This document shows, one piece after another, positions 38,549 through 46,388 of a stretch of DNA of 64,000 nt. The notes beneath the pieces are model-generated. The model had not been told where the DNA came from. It worked only from the letters and a program-made list of their open reading frames with translations, and did no database searches. The stretch is from SAR202 cluster bacterium (GTDB lineage: Bacteria > Chloroflexota > Dehalococcoidia > Lucifugimonadales > UBA2985). Each line of letters starts with the position of its first letter. Position 1 is the stretch's first letter. The position numbers and the translations under genes were made by a program. The stretch spans positions 209,976-273,975 of the forward strand of contig VFHP01000024.1 of the NCBI GenBank assembly GCA_009391535.1, read 5' to 3'.

Positions 38549-39007
38549 TTAGGAAGCAGACAAATCTTGTCTGTAACCTTCATAAGATTTCTTTACATCC
38601 TCGTGCTTAAGGCTCAGTATAGCTGCAGCCATGTAGGCGGCATTTCTGGCGCCCCATAATCCTATAGCCATACACGCTACAGGTATGCCGGGTGGCATTT
38701 GAGCAATCGTATATAAAGAATCCACACCATTCATATCGCTTGAGGCTATAGGTACTCCGATAATTGGTAGAGTAGTCCAAGATGCCAAAGCTCCAGGTAA
38801 AGCTGCTGACCCACCTGCTCCAGCGATTATTACTTCAATACCCCTGCCTGCTGCGTTTTTCCCGTAGTTTCTAGTCTCCTCTGGCTTCCTGTGAGCGGAT
38901 ATAACGGATGATTCGTAACTTATCCCTAGACTATCTAACACTTTGGCTGTTTCGTCTGCTATATCTTGGTCCGATTTACTACCTATTACTATTCCTACTA
39001 ACGGCAT
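38549..39007 (-). CDS. purE: N5-carboxyaminoimidazole ribonucleotide mutase
   Basis: 152 aa with VGIVIGSKSD, SAHRKPE and AGAGGSAALPG. Confidence 0.9.
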   Translation of the reverse strand: MPLVGIVIGSKSDQDIADETAKVLDSLGISYESSVISAHRKPEETRNYGKNAAGRGIEVIIAGAGGSAALPGALASWTTLPIIGVPIASSDMNGVDSLYTIAQMPPGIPVACMAIGLWGARNAAYMAAAILSLKHEDVKKSYEGYRQDLSAS

Positions 39008-39026
39008 TGTGTTCTCCTATAATTTA

Positions 39027-40292
39027 TCAAATATTTAATGCGATATCATTGCGATATGACGCACCTTCAAATCGGATGGTTTCCACATTTTGATATGCTT
39101 TTGATCTAGCAATATTCATGTCATCTGCCTTACTTACTACTGTCAACACTCTACCCCCATTGGTGACTATACCGTCATTTGGTAGATCGGCATTTTTCGT
39201 GCCCCCATGGAAAATTATTCCCTCTTCGTCCACATTATCTAATCCATCAATTTTGTAGCCAATATCGAAGTTTGCAGGATAACCCGCGGATGTCACTACT
39301 ATACCAACACAAGACTCATTACTCCAGGATATGTCAATCTCGTCAAGTCGTTCTTCTATGACGGCAGTAAGTATTGATGGCATATCTGAGACAAGAAGTG
39401 GCAACACGACCTGTGTTTCTGGATCCCCAAACCTACAATTGAATTCTAGAACCTTTGGTCCGTCTGATGTTAATATTACTCCACCGTACAATATACCTTT
39501 GTATTTTGACTTTTCTGATGCTAATGCTTTTATTGTGGGTAGCATTATTTTTGATCTAATTTCATTTGATAATTCTTCGTTCCAGAAACTAGGCGGGCTG
39601 TAGCTACCCATTCCACCAGTGTTAGGTCCTAAATCATAATCGTAAGCTCTTTTGTAGTCACAAGCAGCTATTAGGTTTGAGCAGTGAACACCATCAGTGA
39701 ACCCGAAAACACTTACTTCTCTTCCAGACAAGAATTCTTCGATCAGTACGGATCGTCCTGCATCACCGAATACTTTTTCCACCATGAAGGATTCCAGAGC
39801 CTCTAGTGCTTCTTCCTGTGTGTAGGCAATTATTACACCTTTACCAGCAGCAAGACCATCTGCTTTGATAACCAGAGGTAAGTTTTGTTTCTTAACGTAG
39901 TCTCTAGCCGTATCAAAGGATTGAAAAACTGCAAAATCGCCTGTTGGGATACCATATTTCCTCATCAGATTCTTGGCGAACACTTTACTGCTTTCTATTC
40001 TGGCAGCACTTTGAGTTGGACCGAATATTCTCTGTCCCATTATTTGGAAGTGATCAACTATTCCTTGAGAGAGCGGAGTTTCAGGGCCAATCATTGTCAA
40101 GTCGATCTCATACTTTACGGCTGCATCTGCTAATGCCTCGAAATTGTTTTGTTCTAAAGAAAGATTTGTTGCTATCTGTGCAGTGCCAGCGTTTCCTGGA
40201 GCAACGTATACGTTTTCAACAAGGGAACTTTGGCTCAATTTCCAGGCTATTGCGTGTTCCCGAGAGCCATTCCCCACTACAAGTATATTCAA
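39027..40292 (-). CDS. purD: phosphoribosylamine-glycine ligase
   Basis: 421 aa with a TTG start (GAGGA 7 nt upstream), ILVVGNGSREHA and an ATP-grasp body. Confidence 0.9.
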   Translation of the reverse strand: MNILVVGNGSREHAIAWKLSQSSLVENVYVAPGNAGTAQIATNLSLEQNNFEALADAAVKYEIDLTMIGPETPLSQGIVDHFQIMGQRIFGPTQSAARIESSKVFAKNLMRKYGIPTGDFAVFQSFDTARDYVKKQNLPLVIKADGLAAGKGVIIAYTQEEALEALESFMVEKVFGDAGRSVLIEEFLSGREVSVFGFTDGVHCSNLIAACDYKRAYDYDLGPNTGGMGSYSPPSFWNEELSNEIRSKIMLPTIKALASEKSKYKGILYGGVILTSDGPKVLEFNCRFGDPETQVVLPLLVSDMPSILTAVIEERLDEIDISWSNESCVGIVVTSAGYPANFDIGYKIDGLDNVDEEGIIFHGGTKNADLPNDGIVTNGGRVLTVVSKADDMNIARSKAYQNVETIRFEGASYRNDIALNI

Positions 40293-40432
40293 GAACGAGT
40301 CCTCATAGATATGTTAGCTATAAAACGTGTTGATATTAGTGCATATTGGTTAGCAACCAAAATTCAACACTAGTCCTAATGGATTCTCAGCCTTGACGAA
40401 AGCGAGTTACAGAATCCACGATAATGAATAAT

Positions 40433-40461
40433 ATTATAGCATGACAGCCACGAATTTTCAG
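40433..40461 (-). promoter_or_regulatory. candidate promoter for the pur block
   Basis: Reading the minus strand: CTGAAA, a 17-nt spacer, then a perfect TATAAT (40438-40433). This would give a leader of about 130 nt before the purD start. Confidence 0.3.
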
Positions 40462-40508
40462 TATGATAGGAAGACTTTCGAGTACATTTTCGGACATGAA
40501 TTAACTAA

Positions 40509-42155
40509 TTATTCTTTACCGAAAAAATCTTGTCGGTCTTGTTCAAGCTCTTCTAGAGTTTCAGCAGTATCTGGTTTTTCGTCAGGACCCATTAGGGTGG
40601 AATACGATTCCGGTGTGCCAAAGTCTCTAACTTTGACTACTATCGGCATGGGTACTGAATGTCCAAAGATCAATGATTGCTGTTTGCTTTCAAGTTTACT
40701 AAGAACAGATCTGAGTTCTCTGGATCCACTTGCACCTGACATGACCGAATCAACATCTTTTTCGTTGTCCAGTAAACACGATAATTTCGTTCCAAGTTGA
40801 CTCATTACTTCATCGTCAATCCCACTAGGTCGTTGATCTACTATTAGTAAAGTCACCCTTCTCTTCCTGTCTTCTCTTGCAATTGTTCCAAAAACAGTTT
40901 GAGAGGCTATGCCTTGATTCAGAAATTTATGAGCTTCTTCTATAGTTATAACTAACGGTTTTGGCATTATGGATTCATCACCCATTGCTGCATCAGCTCT
41001 TTCCGCATACATACTGTGGATTCGCCTGGTTAGTAGATTAGTTACTAATATATAAGCATCCAAGTTATCCTTGAAGCCTCCAAACTCCAATACTATGTGC
41101 TTGCCGGCGTCTATGTTATCCAATATTTGTTCCACTAATCTCCCCGTAGACTTTTCTTCTAAGAAACTGAAACGTGTCAATCCTCTTATTCTGTTTTGCA
41201 ACGTTGATAAAGCCATTAGGTTCAAGTTATTTTTGTTAGATAATTCTTGTAGCGCCTCCCGATCCAATGCGATCAATTTCTTGATCCAATTGTCTTTTCC
41301 GTATACATCTCGTAGGGTGTAACAAGCATCTGCAGCCACAGAAGACAGGTTTAGATTTTCTCTAAGAATTTCTATGTCTTCTGGTTCGATCTCGTTATAT
41401 CCGATTTTTACCAAATAATCTGGGGTTATATTGCGCCTCCGAGAGTAATACTCGTCTAATGAGAACACAGCCACCTTAGAAGGGAACAAGTTTTTGAGCC
41501 CTTTTACACTACCTGGTCCTTCAAAACTTCCTGCCCATCCATATTCGTTTTCCATATCGAATACTAGGTTGACTGCGGTATTTTTTTGCACAATACCTAT
41601 CAACAACAATCTAGTCAGGAATGTTTTTCCAGTGCCACTCTTACCGAATACACCGTTGGATCGTTTGACAAATTCTTCCAAATTGAGCCTTACTCTGGAC
41701 TCCAAATCTGGCGGAGTTCCAATCCAAAAATGCCTTTGGTCTTCTGAACCAAACACCATATTTATATCTTCGTCTGAGGCGAGGTAAACTTTGGAAAAAT
41801 GATTAGGTATATTTCGGGCAGGTTTGGGGGGATCACTATCAGAAATAGTGCCACTTATCGTCAATGCCATGATTACGCGTATAGTTGCATACATGGCAGC
41901 TTTGGATGTTATAGATGCCATGACCGGATCAGAAAGGTCAGGGGGATTGGTTTTGATAGACTGATCAGTGGATTGTAGGGTTATATCAGTTATTATACCA
42001 AAAAACCTCATGTTTTTCCCCTGTATGACTACTTGCTGGCCACCGCCTATACCCTCGATATCTGCTTCCGGGTCAAGAAGAACATCCACACCCTGATTTA
42101 GAGATCCTCCAATCACGAGCCCCAGATAATTGCCAACGGGGTTATCTGTAGTCAT
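40509..42155 (-). CDS. HerA-like (DUF87 / FtsK-HerA superfamily) hexameric ATPase
   Basis: 548 aa. A beta-rich, barrel-like N-terminal segment is followed by Walker A GVFGKSGTGKTF, Walker B LVITIEEAH (hhhhEEAH) and LLIVDQRPSGID (the QRPS motif of HerA/FtsK/VirB4-class ATPases). Confidence 0.8.
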   Translation of the reverse strand: MTTDNPVGNYLGLVIGGSLNQGVDVLLDPEADIEGIGGGQQVVIQGKNMRFFGIITDITLQSTDQSIKTNPPDLSDPVMASITSKAAMYATIRVIMALTISGTISDSDPPKPARNIPNHFSKVYLASDEDINMVFGSEDQRHFWIGTPPDLESRVRLNLEEFVKRSNGVFGKSGTGKTFLTRLLLIGIVQKNTAVNLVFDMENEYGWAGSFEGPGSVKGLKNLFPSKVAVFSLDEYYSRRRNITPDYLVKIGYNEIEPEDIEILRENLNLSSVAADACYTLRDVYGKDNWIKKLIALDREALQELSNKNNLNLMALSTLQNRIRGLTRFSFLEEKSTGRLVEQILDNIDAGKHIVLEFGGFKDNLDAYILVTNLLTRRIHSMYAERADAAMGDESIMPKPLVITIEEAHKFLNQGIASQTVFGTIAREDRKRRVTLLIVDQRPSGIDDEVMSQLGTKLSCLLDNEKDVDSVMSGASGSRELRSVLSKLESKQQSLIFGHSVPMPIVVKVRDFGTPESYSTLMGPDEKPDTAETLEELEQDRQDFFGKE

Positions 42156-42730
42156 CTTGTTACCCTTTTCAATATGTATTCGACTTTTTTCAATTCTCCG
42201 GGAAGGTTAGATATCAAATGGACCCCCACGGTTTTAAGGAATTCTGTGTTATCTAGTTGGTATTTAAATCCATTCCTGATGTATGCTGATATGACTTCTT
42301 CAATGGCTTCTAGGTTTGATGTGGCTAGAGTCCTTAATACAGACATATTGGATATTATGGGTTTTGTGTCTTCCTCATCGCAAGTGTGAACAAATGAATA
42401 TATGGGAGGTGGCACAGGAGGAAGATGATAAAGCATCTCAGACCCCATTTTGTGGCCAACTATGATTGCTTCAAAATCTGTACGCAATAGGTGTTTCAAT
42501 TGTGGATTGTTGTTATAAACGTCTTCTTCTTTTTCTTCGTTTTGTCCTCTGGCAGTTGGTTTTCTTGTTGGGTCCAACCCCCCTGTATATATGTTATAAA
42601 CCACTCCGAATGTAGGATAGTGTCCGTTGGTTTTAACCAAGTCTCCTAGAGCGGGCGAATGGTACAATTCATAACATTGAGCTGTGAAAGTTCCGGTTGA
42701 TGTTGCTATAACGTCACCTAATCTAACCAT
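42152..42730 (-). CDS. 192-aa protein of unknown function, translationally coupled to the HerA-like gene
   Basis: Its TGA overlaps the HerA-like ATG (ATGA at 42152-42155). The N-terminal ~50 aa look like a small beta-barrel (MVRLGDVIATSTGTFTAQCYE...GDLVKT...FGVVYNI). These are followed by an acidic/Pro-rich linker (LPPVPPPIY) and a helical C-terminus. I recognise no family. Confidence 0.6.
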   Translation of the reverse strand: MVRLGDVIATSTGTFTAQCYELYHSPALGDLVKTNGHYPTFGVVYNIYTGGLDPTRKPTARGQNEEKEEDVYNNNPQLKHLLRTDFEAIIVGHKMGSEMLYHLPPVPPPIYSFVHTCDEEDTKPIISNMSVLRTLATSNLEAIEEVISAYIRNGFKYQLDNTEFLKTVGVHLISNLPGELKKVEYILKRVTR

Positions 42731-42777
42731 TATTTAACCCCATTGCGGTATGAAAAGTCACGCTTTCCTCCATTATA

Positions 42778-43986
42778 TTATAACCATTTTGTACGCTTAG
42801 ACCTGTTTTTTTCTGAAGTATAATTTGGTAAATTATTCCTCATTAAAGCCTCTTCGAGAACCTTTCTAAACTCTTCTCTGTCATGGTTTGTTACTACTGC
42901 CTGTTCGTGTGCCTCCATCAAGGCTACCGGATAACCTCGTCCCTTATCGCATTGATTGACAATTGCTGCATGGGTTAGATCTAGTAAATATTTGTTGGAG
43001 TGAACCCATTCTGGGATTTCTACTCTGGATATTTCGTTACCGACGTGCAGGTAATAAAAATGGATTTTATGATGATCGTAGTACCTTTCTACTATTGAGG
43101 ACGTTGACATAAATGATTCTGATCTTTCCCCCACCTCCAATAGTTTATCGAATAGATTTCTGTCCATTATTTCAGTAAATCCATCGCATGGTCTTTCACC
43201 ACTTGTTAATGAGCCACAATGAATAGAACAATTTGCATTTTGATAGGGGCAATTATGTTTATCTAACCTTAAGGCGTTAGCAACCTCTTTGCTTCGCGGG
43301 AGACTTATATAAGAGGCTAGAGCCAAAGGAACAGCCCGGCTTATTTTATGCAGTCTTGCTAGGGCAGGCAGGAACATATCGTCTAATAGTCTATTTCTCA
43401 CAAAATCTGGGTATGTTTGACCAACTATGCTCCAAAGTATCAGAGATCCGTCTATCAAAGCCAAGGTAGGGGTGTCACTCCGAGTTTCTTCCATTAGGTC
43501 TGCCAAAGATATCATTTCCTCAACAGCTCGTAATGCACCTAGTAGAGGCCCTTCTAACGTTTGATATCTGTTACCGTTTGTTTCGTGTAGTTGAAGGTCT
43601 TCTTTTTCTGAGAAAAGCCTTGGATGGTTGCTGAGCGCAGCAATAGGGGAATCTCCGTATCGGATATGAACCTTTCCTATGTTTATCAAACAACATTGGA
43701 TTGGCAAATGCCTGTCTATGTCTATGTGCGAGCCGTCTACGGCTAACACACTGTGATTTTCAGGTAGATCAGGCAACTTATATTTTGATGAGAGCGATTT
43801 GGATATTCCAGGAATAAGGAAATTAGTATTACTAGATGTTCTTTTAGCTTCAATTTCCGTTGCATTAGAGCCAAGGAGTGTATCGTAGGATCTATTGAGT
43901 TGTTCGTGGTAAAACTTGTTCTGTTCCCTGATGTTATTGGTTGCACCCTCGATTTGTTGTACAACGTTATGTATATCTAGTGACAT
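42778..43986 (-). CDS. NurA-like nuclease
   Basis: 402 aa with NurA-domain motifs LAVDGSHID, ALIDGSLILW and GRGYPVALMEAHEQAVV. It also carries a Cys-rich insert (CPYQNANCSIHCGSLTSGERPC). Confidence 0.75.
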   Translation of the reverse strand: MSLDIHNVVQQIEGATNNIREQNKFYHEQLNRSYDTLLGSNATEIEAKRTSSNTNFLIPGISKSLSSKYKLPDLPENHSVLAVDGSHIDIDRHLPIQCCLINIGKVHIRYGDSPIAALSNHPRLFSEKEDLQLHETNGNRYQTLEGPLLGALRAVEEMISLADLMEETRSDTPTLALIDGSLILWSIVGQTYPDFVRNRLLDDMFLPALARLHKISRAVPLALASYISLPRSKEVANALRLDKHNCPYQNANCSIHCGSLTSGERPCDGFTEIMDRNLFDKLLEVGERSESFMSTSSIVERYYDHHKIHFYYLHVGNEISRVEIPEWVHSNKYLLDLTHAAIVNQCDKGRGYPVALMEAHEQAVVTNHDREEFRKVLEEALMRNNLPNYTSEKNRSKRTKWL

Positions 43987-44074
43987 TTATTACGACCTCT
44001 TTATTATCCATTGGGCCTAAGAAGAGGATATCACAGTAGAGTATATCAAGCCAAATATAAGGCAAGAACGTCGT

Positions 44075-45283
44075 CTAGAAAAACTTTAGGAATACCTCAT
44101 TGGAAAATAGATTGCCTTTGTCTGTTAATTTCAATGTACCGTTTTCGTTTATCATCAAACCTAAATCTATAGCTTCAGCAATGGATTCTTTAAAGACTTC
44201 ATGGATAGACAATCCGAAACGATGATTGAAAGACTCCTCGCTGATGCCTTCTGACAATCTGAGTCCTAGCATTATGGTTTCTGACATCTCTAATTTGGAT
44301 TCTATATATTCGATGTTTTCCACTGTGGGCATTGTGTTTATTGTTTGGGAGGGGAGACGTTTATTATAGTTTTTGTTTGGGTCTATATGGTTCAATCTTT
44401 TTATGTATTGTCTGGGGGAGTTAATATTGTTGAATCTTGTTTTATGTACATATGAGTGACCTCCTGGTCCCATTCCTATATATTGTTTGTTCCTCCAATA
44501 AGTTAAATTGTGGAGACTATTTAAACCGGGCTTAGACCAATTGGAAATCTCGTACTGATCATAAACTGTGTTTTCCAATATTTTGTTCGCGGTTGTGTAC
44601 ATGTCAGCGGCTAGATCTTGATCTGGTGACGGTATGTTAGCTGAGTCAATGCTCTTCTTCATGGGTGTACCTGGTTCCAAGGTGAGACAGTATAGAGATA
44701 AATGATCTGGGTTTATCTCTATAGCTTGATTGAGTGTGTCTTCCCATTGTGTCAAGGTTTGGCGAGGTAACCCGTACATGAAATCTAGGCTTATATTGTT
44801 GAATCCGGCTTCGCGTGCCTTAGCAAAAGCGGTTAACGCGTCTTCTGAAGAATGCCTTCTACCTAATATAGTTAATAGATTATCGTCCAAGCTTTGTACT
44901 CCAAAGCTTAGTCTGTTTATCCCTGTTTTCCTCAGATAGGTTAGCTTGTCGGTGTCTATATCATTTGGATTACACTCTATTGTAATTTCTGGAGCGCTTT
45001 CTATCTGGAAAAATTTATATACCTGATTGAGTATAGATTCCAAATGACCTTCTGGTAGATAGGATGGGGTTCCTCCGCCAAAGAATATAGTTCTAACACT
45101 TAAATCATTCAGTGAATCTCCCCAATAGTGTATTTCTGAATTTATTGCCTTTACGTAATCTGGAATAAGAGATTCTATACCGGAATAAGTGTTGAAATCA
45201 CAATATGGACATTTAGTTTGACAAAAAGGTATGTGAATATATATGGATAGTGAATCGTCTTGTATCTCGGGATTAATCATCAT
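44075..45283 (-). CDS. hemW: radical SAM haem chaperone HemW / oxygen-independent coproporphyrinogen oxidase-like protein
   Basis: 402 aa with the radical-SAM cluster motif CQTKCPYCDF, GGGTPS, and a HemN_C-like tail. Confidence 0.8.
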   Translation of the reverse strand: MMINPEIQDDSLSIYIHIPFCQTKCPYCDFNTYSGIESLIPDYVKAINSEIHYWGDSLNDLSVRTIFFGGGTPSYLPEGHLESILNQVYKFFQIESAPEITIECNPNDIDTDKLTYLRKTGINRLSFGVQSLDDNLLTILGRRHSSEDALTAFAKAREAGFNNISLDFMYGLPRQTLTQWEDTLNQAIEINPDHLSLYCLTLEPGTPMKKSIDSANIPSPDQDLAADMYTTANKILENTVYDQYEISNWSKPGLNSLHNLTYWRNKQYIGMGPGGHSYVHKTRFNNINSPRQYIKRLNHIDPNKNYNKRLPSQTINTMPTVENIEYIESKLEMSETIMLGLRLSEGISEESFNHRFGLSIHEVFKESIAEAIDLGLMINENGTLKLTDKGNLFSNEVFLKFF

Positions 45284-46380
45284 ACATTAAAAAGAAAGTT
45301 TATGATGTCGCCATCTCTTACGTTGTAAGATTTCCCTTCCAGTTTTACAAGTCCTTTCTTTTTCCCAGCTCCTAAACTCCCAGAGTCCAATAAGTTTTGA
45401 TACGATATAACTTCTGCTCTGATGAATCCCCGCTCTATGTCTGTGTGAATTTTACCGGCAGCTTTTGAGGCCTCTATGTCCTTCTCTATCGTCCATGCTT
45501 TTACTTCATCTGATCCGACAGTGAAGAAAGAAATTAGTCCTAGTAACTCATATGAAGAACGTATGGCTTTATCGAGGGCAGGTTCATCAATGCCCATAAA
45601 TTCCCTAAACTCATTGGATTCATTCATATCCATGATTCCTAGTTCCATCTCTATTTTCCCAGATAATGTTACTACTCCCACACCAGGGCGGGCGAATTGA
45701 GATCTTAATTCATCTTCTATAATTTGTGAGTTATCTATATTGTTTTCACCGATGTTCCATACTATCAACATCGGTTTAGCTGTGAGGAACTGAAAATTCG
45801 ACATAATTTTTTGTTCCTCTTCGGAGATATCCTGTTCTCTTATTGGTATTTCTTGCTCTAAGTCCTTTTTGACTCTAGAGAGTATCATTTGTTCTTTGAG
45901 TTTAATGTCACGTTCATTGGATTTGGCACTTTTTAATTCGTTGGCCAATTTTTCCAATCTGCGTTCAAGAATTGTTAGGTCGGAAAACGATAGTTCCAGA
46001 TCCATTAGGCTAATATCTCTAAATGGATCTATTGAGCCTTCGACGTGAGGTACCGAAGGGTCTTCAAAAGACCTTACTACTTGTAATAAAGCGTCAGCAC
46101 GTTGCAAGTAGTTCAAGTATTCACCGGATATGCCTTTTGACTTAATATTGACCTCCTGAGATTTTGGGAAGTCAATGTACTTTACTTCTGCCGGTGTTGT
46201 TTTGGCTGGATTAAACATATCCTGCAATATATTTAATCTAGGATCGTGTACTTTAGCCACGCCTAAATTTGGCTTATTGGTGTTTAGCATAGAATTGGTA
46301 ATAGTGGATTCACCACCACTAAGGGCGCCGAAAACAGTGGTTTTTCCACATTGAGGCAATCCTATTATTCCGATTTCCAC
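45280..46380 (-). CDS. ychF: ribosome-associated ATPase YchF
   Basis: 366 aa with the P-loop GIIGLPQCGKTT and a C-terminal TGS-like region (IHTDIERGFIRAEV...GKSYNVRDGDI). There is a 4-nt overlap with hemW. Confidence 0.9.
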   Translation of the reverse strand: MEIGIIGLPQCGKTTVFGALSGGESTITNSMLNTNKPNLGVAKVHDPRLNILQDMFNPAKTTPAEVKYIDFPKSQEVNIKSKGISGEYLNYLQRADALLQVVRSFEDPSVPHVEGSIDPFRDISLMDLELSFSDLTILERRLEKLANELKSAKSNERDIKLKEQMILSRVKKDLEQEIPIREQDISEEEQKIMSNFQFLTAKPMLIVWNIGENNIDNSQIIEDELRSQFARPGVGVVTLSGKIEMELGIMDMNESNEFREFMGIDEPALDKAIRSSYELLGLISFFTVGSDEVKAWTIEKDIEASKAAGKIHTDIERGFIRAEVISYQNLLDSGSLGAGKKKGLVKLEGKSYNVRDGDIINFLFNV

Positions 46381-46388
46381 ATTACACC

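Noticed and set aside
40441-40800. A 119-aa plus-strand ORF at the HerA-like gene's 3' end.
   Set aside because: It is mostly antisense to the HerA-like coding sequence, Ser-rich and low-complexity, with no SD sequence.
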